Source: the human T2T-CHM13v2.0 reference genome, Homo sapiens. Taken from it: a DNA stretch of 64,000 bases. This document shows, in pieces, positions 41,531 through 54,364 of this stretch (position 1 is its first letter; each line of letters starts with the position of its first letter). The notes beneath the pieces are model-generated. The model worked only from the letters and a program-made list of their open reading frames with translations, did no database searches and was not told the origin of the DNA. The position numbers were made by a program, and so were the translations under genes. The DNA lies in NCBI RefSeq assembly GCF_009914755.1, contig NC_060932.1; one strand, 5' to 3'.

Positions 41531-43489
41531 AATTTTACCAGTGACAGGTACTTTAAATGAGCTCATTTAATGTTTAAGATGGTCCTGAAAGTTGGATATT
41601 AATATAATCACCTTTAAGAAATGATTCAGAAAAGTTGAGTAATTAACTTAATTAAATGCAATACTCCATGAGTAACTAGAACTCTTCTTCTCACGAAAAA
41701 ACTAGAGCATCTGTATAGCTCTAAAAGCCATTTGCCTTCTGCTGGGTCCTGGTGTCAGATAATGATACAGCAGAATGAAATAAACTAAGTATCGCAACAT
41801 TTTATAGGTGCAACCTGAATGAAATGTCTCATATGAATATCAAATCCAAAAGATAAAACATGTCCTCTCCAAAAAAAATCTTGGAAAGACATGTACATCT
41901 TAACTAAAATCACCTGAAAAGGCACCAGAAAGAAATTGCATTTGTGATGGCAAAATGTCTTAAAATTTTCTTCTCTTTTTTCTAGCTTATTATACAATCA
42001 GCTACCTTCAATCTCTCATCTTTGCTCTCAATATATCCAAAACTCTCTTCCCAAATTCAGGGAGTCTACTGAGTTTTCTCTCTAAATTCCTTCACTAGCC
42101 TATCAGGTCTGTGATTTCCACCAAGGACAAGTTCTTCACCCTGCATAATAACAATAAAGCAAACACTTTGCCCTTACCCACATCATCACAATCAAAATGC
42201 TGAGAAGGGTAAAAGGTGACAGTAAAGAGAGAAAGGCCATTAATATTATATGTTAGTACATTCTATCGCTACCACATATGAGTTCATAGAATGGGAACTT
42301 CTATTTGCACTTCAGTAATTGAACGACTTCAAGCAAGAATAGCAATTATATATCAAGACTTAAAGTAGAGGATGAGCTTGGACGTGCATTATATTAGCAT
42401 ATCAATATTTTGCCTACTCTCCTAGTCCAGATGCTAAAAAGTTGAAAGGATGGTGAAGCCAAATCTAAGATCCTCATTTGGAAGACATTTTCTCCTACCT
42501 TTCAAAGGTAGTTCCTGAGCAGAGCAGCCATCCCCAAGTATAAGCTCTATGAGACCTATAATCAGTTTCTCTCTAATTGAGAATTTTCTTTCCTTAGATT
42601 TTGGAAGAAGCACGAAAATGATTTACTGATTTAGGAACTGGGTGGAGTAGACCACAAAAAGACAAATCAAAAACATCTGGAATGAACTAGTTGAGAGAGA
42701 AAAAGAGAGAGCAAGAAAAAAGTAAGGCTTTCAAATGAAACAAAGTACAGATGATTTGGCCAAATTTAAGCCAAGCCAAACACTCACATTGAACATTGCA
42801 CTTGGGTCTGTTTCAAGAGCAGGAGCCGGCAAGAGGGAGCCTCAGCCAACACTACATCAGAGGCACATTGTGGATGGAGGAAATGAGTTTAGTCAAGCCA
42901 GCTGTGACTTCAAAGGGGCTGCTCTCCCAGAGAACAGTGAGAAAGGGTTCCCCCTTCAGTGAAGACTGCAAAGTTCAGCCAGCGCCAACCCAAAGGGAAT
43001 GGACTCCAGGAAGGGGCAAATTACATTCAACATACAAGAAAGAATATTTTCCTTCATGAAGTGGCTGTGACAGTCTGAAGAGGAAGGAAAATGACAAAAA
43101 AGAAAGGTGAGAAGAAAATATTCTGATGCCCCTTTGGGGACTGTAGTCCTGTGTGCATACTTATAAAATGGGGTATTTGTATACACATTTGTACTTGCAT
43201 AAGGTTGCTTTTAATCTAAGACACCTCCAAGCATGAATCATGTTTCCAAACATGTGGGAGGAGAGAACATAGGATTCTTCCCTGCTGACTGCCATAGTTT
43301 CTTTCCCTCTTTGTGCTTCTAGAAAACTACACATTTCTTTCAAATTACTTACTTCACACAAATTTACTGAGGAACAATAGGGTGGACCCTGCATATTCGA
43401 AGACAAGATCGTCTGTGTTCCAGTTCAAAAGAAGAAGCTAGACACATAAACCGAAGATTATGGTATTGAGTGGTAAGCCTTGGAGCAGG

Positions 43490-43632
43490 AATCCCAAAGT
43501 GTGATCACATGACCAGCAGCAGCAACATCACCTGGGAACTTGTTAGAAATGCAAATTTGCAGGCCCTAATCCAAATCTACTGAATAAGAAAGTTGAGGTT
43601 GATTTAACAAGCCCTTCAAGTGATTCAATGCT
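43490..43632 (+). mobile_element. MER5A fossil
   Basis: ccagcagcagcaacatcacctgggaacttgttagaaatgcaaat...tttaacaagccc...gagaaccac. Confidence 0.85.
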
Positions 43633-44069
43633 TGCTAAAACTGGAGAACCACCTTGATAGTGAAGGGACAAAAGGACTTTTGTGCAGAGAGCTAACACAT
43701 CTGAACTAACCTTGAGATCCTCTGCCATCTATAAATCACTTCTCAATCTCTTCCCGATAAGATTCTAAATAGGTGGCTCTCTGGCAATTCAAGGGATGAT
43801 ACACGCGTGTGTGTCTTCTCTCTTTATGTAAGTTATAAGATCTGAATGACAGAGGCACATTCTTCTTTTATGTTTTCTTTCCTTTCTCCTCCTATTTTTA
43901 GGGCCAGTACGTGGAAAATGCGGAAATTGGAACTTACTATAAGTAACTAATTCAGAAATCAGGCTGGCAGAAGTGTTATACATTCACTGGAAGAAATTGG
44001 TGAATATATGGAAAACATAAATGTTATGTATCCTGGAACTTAAAATAAAAATTAATAATAAAAAATGTT

Positions 44070-44340
44070 ATCTCTCCCAAGCACTCATTTGATGCTTGAA
44101 TCCTCTCTATGACATCCTTACCAAGGATTTGTTCTTCTTATGCTTGGGTACTTCAACTGATGAGAATCTCACTAGCTCAGGATGCAGTTTGCTTTCTTTT
44201 AGATAGCTCTGTTAGAGCTGCCTTCTTCCAGGGCTGAACACTTCCATAATTTAAATTCCATTTATTAGTTTTAGTCCTGCCCCTTGGGAACTCGTAGCAA
44301 AGATACTTACATATTAATGTGACATTTTTCAGGTACTTGA
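44070..44340 (-). mobile_element. L3/CR1 LINE fragment
   Basis: gatgcttgaatcctctctatgacatcc...atctcactagctc...ttagtcctgcccc, antisense of an L3 3' region. Confidence 0.6.
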
Positions 44341-44344
44341 GGTT

Positions 44345-44625
44345 AGTAATTATGTAGCATATGACATAGATTAAACTCATAGACTCTGGAAACAAACTAC
44401 TTGCCTTCCCTTCAAATTCTTATTCTGCCACTTACTTACTATGTGACCTCCAGAGAGTTATTTACTATCTCTGTAACTTTATTTCTTTATCTATATAAAA
44501 AGATATAATAATAGCAGTACATCAAAGGGCTTTTATAAGGAGTCCATGAATTAATATATGTAGATGTGCCTGGAACACGGTAAGTGCTCTAAAAGTTTTC
44601 ACTATTACTAATCATCATCATTATT
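44345..44625 (+). mobile_element. Near full-length MIR
   Basis: agactctgga...ctgccacttacttactatgtgacct...gtgcctggaacacggtaagtgctc. Confidence 0.8.
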
Positions 44626-44859
44626 ATACAGATCTTGTCAGATATCGGACCTAGGCCATCTTTCTAAGTCTTTACTCATTCATTAAGTGAGCTCATTCAC
44701 TCCCATGGCTTCAATCACCATCTATATGATTATGAAAAATCTATTTTCCTCCTGAGCCAAGAGCTAAATGTAAGTGACCAGTTATGGATACAGGAATTGC
44801 TCTGGCCACCATAATTTGGGTGGAAATGGTGCATACCACTTCCAGTTCTTGCCCCTTAA

Positions 44860-45110
44860 AATACCATGAGAAATCTTGCACTCCTTTCTCCTAGTTCATC
44901 AGCTAACTGAATGCAGAGAAACCAGTGGAGGACTCCAAGGAAATTCCAAAGAGTGGTTGAACCACGGGTTGGAAGAAGTCTAGATCCCTGAGTCAATGTT
45001 TGGAGAGGAGCTGCCGAGGAGAGCCACCAGAGAGGGACACATGAGCAAGAAATAAACATTTCTTCTGTTAAAACATTGAGATTTTATAGCCCATCATGAC
45101 TAATCCAATG
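44860..45110 (+). mobile_element. MLT1 (MaLR) LTR 3' part
   Basis: gatccctgagtca...catgagcaagaaataaacatttcttctgttaa...tgactaat. Confidence 0.6.
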
Positions 45111-45449
45111 AGACCCTAGTGTAGATCTTTTGCTTAGTCTTCGCTTCTGAGATCTAGAACTATATATTTCATTTGCTAATCACCATTTCTACATGAACCC
45201 TCAAATAGGGTAATAGGTAAACTCAGAGTTTCTAAGATTAGACTGTGTTGAAATCTTAGTCCTTCCAGGTACAGCTATATGACTCAATGTGTGTGTGGGG
45301 GCGGGGGCAGGGGGGTTAAATAAACTATTCATAACTGTATCTACTTAAAAGTAATAAGAAAATGAAATGAGCATATACATATATATAAAACAGTTATCGG
45401 CACATAGTAAATGCTCAGTAATTGTCAGGTAATACAGTTATTATGACCA

Positions 45450-46290
45450 TCCCACTCCAAATTTGCTCTTTCCCCAGGTTTTTTATGTTGATAAATGGTA
45501 CCACCATCCAATAGTTGTTAAAATTAGAAATTTGCAACTTTATCTTGGATCACTTTTTTTATCCTCCCACATGGATAAAGTCAATCAATAACTGATTGAT
45601 TACACTCCTTCAGTATTTTTCAAATCCATTTGCTTAACTCTCTCCTCTTCTATTCTACACTTTTCATCCTAGTTAAAGCCACCAGCCTATGTAACTTTAT
45701 TATATTTGCGTCCTTACTAGTCTTTTCAAATCCATCCTTGCACCCTCCCAATTCATGCTTTATGTGGAAATGTAGGCATTTTTTAAAAAATTCAAATCAA
45801 ATCTTGCTGCTCAAAATTTTAAATGCATCAACACCGATTGCTCTTTGGTGCCACCACATTCCTGACCCATTACTTCAGCACCCCCTCAAACCCACCACAG
45901 GACTTTATTTCTACAATTCAGCCACACTGGACTTTTGTCGGTGTCAGAAAAGTGCCATAGATTGTCCCATCTTTGATGTTATCATGTGTTGGTTACTTTT
46001 GCTTAGAATAAACTTTCTCCCCATCCCAGTTTACCTAATTAATTCCTGACCACTCTTTACATTTCTGCTTAAATGCTATACTCTCCAGAAAGCCCTCTTA
46101 GCAATCTCTGCCCACACTTCTTAAAGCTATGCCTACATAGCCCCCACCTTATTTCTTCATTAAACTCTTTGCACTTGCCATTATTTGTATAATTATGTTT
46201 TCCCAGCTAACCAGGAGACTTTGTGAGGGCAGAGACCTCATATGTATGGCTCACTGCCTGGTATAGACAGTATATTGGCTTATACGAAGG
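45450..46290 (+). mobile_element. L2 LINE, long 3' fragment
   Basis: aaatggtaccaccatcca...cagccacactggact...tccagaaagccctc...tgtgagggcagagacc. Confidence 0.75.
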
Positions 46291-46735
46291 AGGAGTTTAT
46301 TAAATACAGTAAATTTTTTTAAGTGTGAATATGAGTCTGTTAAATGACTGTGTGTATATGTACCCAATGTAAAGTTTTATTTGGTTCGGTCTAGAAAAAT
46401 GTCCTACAGCCAATTCATGTACCTAATTAAATTCACTTACAAATTTAGGAAACTCAGCACCTGCCCTATTTGAGTTTAAAACTAGTTGATTTGATAGACA
46501 TATAAAATAAAAACTATACTATAGTATCATCCATGCTGTCATAATAGAATTATCTCAAAACCTCCATTGATGTACTATTTGGGGTGGTCCAGAAAGTAGT
46601 ATGTTTCTGGAAACAGAATTATGAATGCTCTGATATCCCACACATCAAAAATCCCTCCTTTCCATAATTTATAGCATATTGTGATGCCAGTTTAGATCAA
46701 GAAATGCAGGAGAGGTGATTAAAAGCAAATTGGAG

Positions 46736-47009
46736 GTGAGGCACGGTGGCTCACACCTGTAATCCCAGCACTTTGGGACGCCAAGGCGGGCAGATCACAA
46801 GGTCAGGAGATCGAGACCATCCTGGCTAACAAGGTGAAAACCCGTCTCTACTAAAAATACAAAGAAAATTAGCCGGGCATGGTGGCAGGCGCCTGTAGTC
46901 CCAGCTACTTGGGAGGCAGAGGCAGGAGAATGGTGTGAACCCGGGAGCTGAGATCACGCCACTGCACTCCAGCCTGGGTGACAGAGTGAGACTCCATCTC
47001 AAAAAAAAA
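46736..47009 (+). mobile_element. AluY with a 17-nt internal deletion
   Basis: gagatcgagaccatcctggctaac and gaatggtgtgaacc. Exact 15-bp TSD AAAAGCAAATTGGAG at 46721-46735 and 47010-47024, preceded by TT. Confidence 0.96.
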
Positions 47010-48669
47010 AAAAGCAAATTGGAGTTCACAATTAAACTAAGGTTTGTGTTTATATGTTGGTCCAAAATTTGGCAAAGTGCATGATTGGGGAAGGAAGAGT
47101 AGGTGAATGTCCTGTGGAAAGTGCAATCTAGAGAATGTATTTTCTACAGAAGGAAACACTGCAGAGCGAACTGAGTGGATGGTGAATGAGCTTCGGTGAG
47201 CATCTAGCTCCACACCTGCTCACTCTGCTCTTTGTGCAAAGTATAGAATTTCTCTCAGTAACATTTATTTTCTCATCTGTGAAATTAAAATGATAAGCCC
47301 TAAGTAATTAGACTGCTTTTGATATAATTGCTGTCTCAAAACCCACTGGGAAGTTGAGAACTTTTCCTGGGGTAGCATCCCGATAACTGATAAAAGCTAG
47401 GTTTGTGACTCAGTCTGAATTGTATTCCATTAACTCTTAAAGGATTGTCTTCTCCTCTAAAAAAGACAATAAAAATAAGTGGATATTGCCAAGCAAATAA
47501 GTTAAGCTAAGGCTAAGTTCTACTTAGTTCCCATAAGCACCCTGAGTTAGAGATGATGTGTGTCAAATTTAAACTAACAGAAGAGGTTTGTGATCATATT
47601 TTCCCGAAAAGCTGAAAAAATAAAGCCAAAATAGTGGCCCAAATTTGACAACACAGGTACTTTCTTCTGCCTTCAGTCAAAGAGAAAGAAATTTAAAAAG
47701 AAAAAAAGCAAGAAAACAAAAAACCCTGATGCAAGCCTCTGGCTAAAGCAATAGCTTTGCATCAGTACCTGAAGTGTGTGGGTTTTCTCTAACTTCTTTG
47801 GAGTCATGACCAATAGTTCTGTCGCCTTTGCTGGTTCTAATAAAACTCTGTGATGGGTTTTGGATTACGCTCACTCCAGAAGAACTCCTCATCAGTCGTC
47901 GAGGGGCCTTTGTTGTCCACAGCCGCTTGCAATGAATTTGGGGGCAAAGGTCTCTGGTTACACCCACCAGTGAAATCAGATTCAGCTTCACAAGGAACAC
48001 ATTATAGGGTGGAATCCAGCATTTGTCCCCATAGGAGGAAGGCAATCGCCTTGCAGTTATTCCCTGTGTCTTCTTTTGATGATTCTATAACCCACTGCCT
48101 CTTACATCGGAGAGAGCAAGGATTTCTTAGCAACTCTTACCTGAATAGAAAATAAAAATAGCGTGCAGCAAAGGAGTCTTGGGAATGTTTTCTCCAAGAG
48201 AAGAGGTCGAACGAGTTTAAATGTAAAGGCTTATAAAACCCTCCAAGTATTTTTTTCACTTTAATAGTCCCAGCCAGCGCCTTATTATCATTCACCCCAT
48301 GTTTGAATAATGGAGAGCTTAGATCACTGTATTCATCAAGGGAAGGAAATGCTGTATATTCTAAAAAGCACTTTGAATAGAGCTCTCTCCCTCTTCGAGA
48401 CCATACTTCACTGAGTTTTCTTAATTGCTAAATGCTCAGCTCTGGCTTGAAATTCAAGAATTTGAAGAATTGAACACACACTGCACCAGTGAAATCAGAC
48501 CATATCACATTCCAGGGTCTCCTCACCCAAGCAAACCATTCCAGTACTAGACTATTGCCAATAGTGTCAAAATTTTATATCTATATACATGCATTCCAGA
48601 TTATTGCAAGTAGTGTCAATTATATACATACATACATAGATGCATGCATACATACATATGAATTAGGAG

Positions 48670-48810
48670 AGAGAAGGTTCTAGTCCTCAGGCTCTGCTAC
48701 CCACCAATAGAGTGAATTTGGAAAAGCTCTGAGCCTCAGTTTTCTCGTCTGCTAATGGGGAAAATGAATTTCTCCTCCTCACTGGTCAGGCTTATTTTAA
48801 AGCCCTGATG
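48670..48810 (+). mobile_element. MIR fragment
   Basis: ctctgagcctcagttttctcgtctgctaatgggg. Confidence 0.7.
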
Positions 48811-49786
48811 AAATACTGTGGGTCCTGGGGATTAATAATACTAGAAAAGATAGGTTCGGTAACTTTTAGGAAAGGGAATTTCCTAGGTTGTGTGTACTAT
48901 CTATCCCGAAATCAAAATCATTCAGGGTATTGGTTCACTGTTAAATCTGTGGTATCTCTGATACCCTCTGTGGAAGCTTGTCAGATTGCCCAATGGAGGG
49001 CTGAGAGCCCACTCCTCCCACTTCCTGTGTAGAATCATTCTGAATTTAGTCAAGTGGGACAAGTGGCCTGTTGTTTTAAAGAAGCCCACATTTCTTGAAA
49101 ATCTAATGTTTTAGGTTGATTCCCTCCAGTGAGTGGTAACATTCATTCACTCCAATGCTTTATGAAAAACAAATTAGAGTTCAACATTACTTGTTCCACT
49201 TGGCTTATATAGTTGTATATGCAATAATTCTGAGCATACAATGTAAATTATTTGAAACAATCCAAATATCTAATCACTGGAGAAGCACATTCATTGAGTG
49301 GATCATCATACAGCCATGAAATAGTTATGAAACTTCTTCTTGCATATGAGGAAGTACTCATGTTATAATCTTAAATAATAAAGCAAAAGTCAAAATTGTA
49401 TAACCTCTATTATATCAACTCGATGTGAGCATGTTTTGTTGGTCATAATGAACTCCAGAGTGTATAAGCAGAAGGCAACTTTCTTTTTTCAGCTGTTCCT
49501 TTAAACTTGTGCAATGGAACTCTTGAGGCAGGCCTTTAACTTTTCCAGGTCATCTCAGATTTTATATATGTATATGTATTTTATATACATATGCACACAC
49601 ATATATGTATTTTATATTGTCTTTAGTCACCTTCAGGCATGAAAAGCCTCATTTTAATAATTAAAATATACCATTCAATAATTTAATAATGATTTAATCA
49701 AATAATTAAAGTAGTATATACACCATCCACTAATGCAATTTAAAATTTTATATCTATACCAACTCAGGGTCCTGCTTCATGCTTAG

Positions 49787-50233
49787 TGTATTATTCAGGG
49801 TTTTCTAGAGGGACAGAACTAATAGGATAGACGTATATATAAAGGGGAGTTTTTTAAGTAGATTGACTCACAGGATCACAATTTGAGGACCCACAGTAGT
49901 CTGTCTGCAAGCTGAGGAGCAAGGAGGCCAGTCCAAGTCCCAAAGCTGAAGAACTTGGAGTTCAATGTTTGAGAGCAGGAAGCATCCAGCATGGCAGAAA
50001 GATGTAGGTTGGGAGGCTAAGCCAGTCTAGTGTTTTCATGTTCTGCCTGCTTTTATTTGGCTGAGCTGGCAGCTGATTAGATTTTCCCCACCCAGATTGA
50101 GGGTGGGCCTATCTTTCCCAGTCCACTGACTCAAATGTTAATCTCCTTTGGCAACACCCTCACAGACACACCCAGGAACAATACTTTGCAACCTTCATTC
50201 CAATTAAGTTGACACTCAATATCAACCATCACA
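49787..50233 (-). mobile_element. MLT2A1-like solo LTR (HERVL)
   Basis: 447 bp, tgtattattcaggg...caaccatcaca. Exact 5-bp TSD CTTAG at 49782-49786 and 50234-50238. Confidence 0.95.
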
Positions 50234-50624
50234 CTTAGGAGGCTGCAATGAGGGAGAGATACATAGTCAGCTGCTTCTCTCTCCTCTGGCCTTTCTCTTC
50301 TACTCTTTCGTTCCATGAAGCTGCCTTTGGGCTCCCGCAGAGTTGAGGCGAATGAAGGGAGAGAGGTAAGAGTGACACTGGCAGGCTCAGACATAATCTG
50401 GTCTTTGTGGCCTCTGGGAAAGCAGATTCCCAATAAGGATGATCTCTCCTTGAGGAGCTTCCTATGAGTCCACAAGAAGTTTCACATGAGCCTCCATCCA
50501 CAGCTCTAAATACCCAGCCCTGTCTTTCACCCTACCTTTCCCCTTCAAGCCTCAGCCTCTGAGCTTCCAATGGCCACCTCTCCACTGAGTCACTTAGCTC
50601 CTTCAAGCAGTCCTCGTGGGTGAT

Positions 50625-51038
50625 TGATATAATTTGGATGAGTGTCCCCTCCAAATCTCATGTTGAAATGTGATCCCCAATAGTACAGGTGGGGCCTGGT
50701 GGGAGGTGTTTGGGTCAGGGGAGCAGATCCCTCCTGAATGGCTTGGCACCATCTCCTTCATGATGAGTGAGTTCTCACTCTACCAGTTCACATGGGAGCT
50801 TGTTTTTTAAAGAGCCTGGCACCTCCTCCCTTCTCTCTCTTGTTCCCTCTGTCACCATGTGACTCCCCTGCTCCCCTTCCTCCATGAATAAAAGCTTCCT
50901 GACGTCCTGACCAGAAGCCGATGCTCATGCCATGTTTCTTTTGCAGCCTGTGGGAACATGAGCCAAATAAACCTCTTTTCTTTATAAATTACGCAGCCTC
51001 ACATACTTCTTTATGGCAATGCAAAGTGGACTAACACA
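50625..51038 (+). mobile_element. MSTB solo LTR (MaLR)
   Basis: tgatataatttggatg...ccctccaaatctcatgttgaaatgtgatcccca...gagccaaataaacctc...ggactaacaca. ggtga on both flanks. Confidence 0.92.
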
Positions 51039-52384
51039 GGTGAAGACACTTCCAAAACAGCCAGACTTACTCCTCATACCTGCAACTCCCCTGCACCTCC
51101 AAGAACAGCTCCACTGTGCCTCTGAGATGCTGAAAGCTTCAGCCCCACTAGGGTCCTCAGGTGGGCACGTACCAGACCCCTATTCCCTGTGTCTGCATTC
51201 TTAGTGCTTCTCTGGAAGCTTCTGTCATGCAACTTGGAACGAAGGACAAACACATGCCTCCCTATCCCAGCATGGGGATGAAGGGTGATGGCACACCACC
51301 CCTACCACTCTGTACAATTGAACTCTCATTCTGCCTTCTTTAACTCAATACTTTTGTATCCTTGAGTAAGACACCTTCCCTTGACTCTCTTTTTTGGTCT
51401 TCTTGTGCATTTATCTGGATTCAGATGTACCAACAAGAACATTGTGAAAATATACATAGTTAGTGTTAAAAATAACCTATGAGGTTAGGGTTGTGAGTCA
51501 TTATTATTTAATTTTCTATAGCTTTTTCTTTCTTCCCCAAATGTTATACAATGAGCACTTGTTAGTTTCATAAAATTTTTTTACTTGTTTAAATAGTAGA
51601 GTTTAAATTATTCTTTTCAAATGTGTCCTAAAATTCAGCTTCATGATTCAACTAAATGCCTGAATTGTAATTCAACTTTTTGTTGTTGTTGTTTAGAAAA
51701 ATAAGTGATCAGTCTTCCCCATCATTTCTTAGTTTTCTTGACAGTGTCTCAGGAGTGAAATGCTATGGCTTCTATGTCACATTGCATTCAAATCAGATCT
51801 GAAGTCTTTTAAAGAGCTACTAAATGAATCACCAAATGTATCACTTCGAGCATCCTTAGGAAAAATAGAACATGTTTATCTCAAGTGATGTTACCAAACA
51901 ATGCCCACTTGTTTCTGCCTCTCTTCTTATCCCCCAGGTGAGACAATGTACCATGGGAGATTCACCAAAGACTGCTAACCAGGTGAATCAAGCGGGAATT
52001 GTTAAAAAGGAGAACTTCCCGAACACTGTTCTTTCCCTTTGCAGCCTAAGCAGGAAAGAAAACACATTGCAAAGGAACAATAGCCACTTGTGTGCTCACA
52101 CACTCTGTGAAGGTGTTGTCTAAACTGAGGAGAGCAGCCTTGGCTCCCACATCCAGTGAGCCCAAGGCCCTTGAAGTCCAAGTCCAAAAAAATAGGTTTC
52201 TTCCCATGCAAACTCATTAGGGCTGATGCCATCACTGCTGCATTAGAAGGGAAACCTTATGTTCACCTCAGGGCTGCCAACTTTCCAGCTGCCATCCTAT
52301 CAGCAATGGCATGGAGTGCTCTGAATTTGGACTAGAGAAAACACAGTGAGAGCCAGGCTAGTCAAATGAGCCTGATCATGATAA

Positions 52385-52960
52385 TGCTAATAACAGCAAA
52401 CCTTCACTGAACACTCATCATGAGCCAGTGCTGCTGAGAGCAGTCTGTGTGTGTTACCCCATTTAATCCTCACTACTATAATGAAGCTGGAGCTGTTGTG
52501 ATGACCATTTTGCATGTCAGAATTGAGGCTCAGGGAGGTTAATTTGCCTACAATCATTCAGCTTGAAAGTGGTAGGTAACTAACTACTAGCCCACAGAAT
52601 AAAAACACAGGGGAGCAATGCAGCTGTCAGAGGTGCCAGGGACATCTCTGTCTGAATGGCTGAAGCACCTTCAAAGGCTGATCTGGAATTCAAGGGAAAA
52701 GGAGGTTGCCTCTGAGCTCCATCTCTCTATGCTACTAAATATGGTGGACATTTGAGCAGCTTGACCTGTGGGCAGGGGTTCTTTTCAGAAGAGTTTTTGG
52801 GTTTACTCAAAATGATGTTATTCTCAGATGCTTGATGCATTGTTGGAAATGTGATTATTAATCATGCAAATAAACTATTTGAAAATCAAAAAAAAAAAAA
52901 AGAGAAAAGATGCTAGAGCTGGGATTGTGTTCAGGTCTGCCTAATGCTTCAGCCCAAGAC
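52385..52960 (-). mobile_element. MIR split by an insertion (pieces about 52385-52575 and 52905-52960)
   Basis: ccattttgcatgtcagaattgaggctcagggaggttaa...gaaagtggtag | gagctgggattgtgttcaggtctgcct are colinear MIR parts. Confidence 0.7.
52576..52901 (+). pseudogene. Putative 5'-truncated processed retrocopy (mRNA 3' end) or orphan 3' transduction, parent unidentified
   Basis: Non-repeat-like sequence ending in AATAAA (52869-52874), 13 nt and A14 (52888-52901), inserted inside a MIR. Confidence 0.55.
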
Positions 52961-53322
52961 CCCACCCTCCCACCTTCTCTACCTCCAAAGCCCAATTTCT
53001 CAGCAGGGATTCTGGTCCTCCAGCATGTAGCTCAGAAGCCCCTGCCAAGGTGACCTCTCCCCATTACCCCCATGCCCTTTTTCTCTGGCCTTACCAGTTC
53101 AGGCCCCAACCCTGATAATATCTTGTACTTCTATGGTTCTTTGCTTTTGCTCATCACTTGTGCCTTACAGACACTTTCCCTTCTTCTCCACCAAACAAAC
53201 TCCATAATCCATCAATTCTTCTTGCAAATGTCACCTCTTCTATGATTTCTCTCTCAGCTTCCTCCTCCCAACTGTTGGCCTCCTTAACTCTGCTTTCTTA
53301 GTGCTAAGTTCATATTTTAGTG

Positions 53323-53657
53323 CAGGGGTTGGCAAACTATAGCTTGTGGGCCAAATCTAGCCTGCTGCCTGGTTTTGCGTGGCCCAAAAACTAAACATTG
53401 TTTTCACATTTTTTAATGTTTGGAGAAAAAAGTCAAAAGAGGAAGAATGTTTTGTGCTATGTGAAAATTATATAAAGTTCAAATTTCAGTGGCCATGAAT
53501 AAAGTTTCATTGGTACATAGTCATACTCATTTGTCGATGTATTGCCTAAGGTCACTTTTGCACAATCGCAGAGTTGAGTAGTTGCAACAAAGACATACAG
53601 CTCAAAGCCTAAAATATGTACTATTTAGCTCTTTATAAAAAAAAATGCTAACCCCTG
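53323..53657 (+). mobile_element. MER58B hAT-Charlie fossil, within L2 sequence
   Basis: Terminal inverted repeats CAGGGGT / ACCCCTG. caggggttggcaaacta...gcagagttgagtagttgcaaca...aagcctaaaata. Confidence 0.9.
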
Positions 53658-53852
53658 CATTGGAGTACCATCACATGGTGTTTCAGAGGATTGGGCTCTC
53701 ATGTTTTGGAGATTTTTATATCTCCTGCACCCAGCAAAGGGCCTTATTCTTCATAAATAATTTAGAGAGCATATGAATGAAATAAAGTGATATGTGGGAA
53801 AGATGGTGCACCAAGAACAAAGAGTCTTGGACACCAGTGCCGTCTCACTTAT

Positions 53853-54270
53853 TGCATCTATCAGAAATACTCAAAGTAGGATAATTTGATACACACTTTT
53901 CAAAAAAGAATGGTTCAATAGCTCAGAGCTGTTAACTGCGAACTTGCTACCATCTGTAGACCGAAAGGAATCATTCAGGATCCCTAAAAAAGAAAATCAT
54001 GTACTGTCAGCTGCTTTGAGGGTACCTGTAGGCTTCCGCAGAGATACACAGCCAACTGATAGGAGCCCTCAGGGAAGGAGCCAAGAAAATAAATACCCCG
54101 ACCTCATCTTCTTCCTTCTTTCTTATCTTCTGTTGAGTCACCCTATTGGCAAAACCTAATAAGCACTTGAGCTATGTCAACGGCATGCATAGAAGTTGGC
54201 TCCTGGAAAAGAGGGCCAATGGAGCAAATAGGCAATCTGGGGGGGGGGAACGGGAAGATATCCTACACAC
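53853..54270 (-). mobile_element. LTR41-like ERVL LTR
   Basis: ggagccaagaaaataaataccccgacctca...cctattggcaaaacc...ggaagatatcctacaca is the antisense of the remembered LTR41 start. Confidence 0.6.
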
Positions 54271-54364
54271 AAACTTAGTGACAAGTCACATGTATTATTC
54301 AGCCTTCAATTTCTTCACCTATAAAGCAGGCAAGTTAGGTTAGAAGATCTTTATAATAACAATA

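Larger units (their letters stand above)
49755..51480. mobile_element. Probable ancient LTR (LTR78-like) hosting the MLT2A1 and MSTB insertions
   Basis: GC-richer block starting taccaactcagggtcc that continues across both younger LTRs. Family uncertain. Confidence 0.3.
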
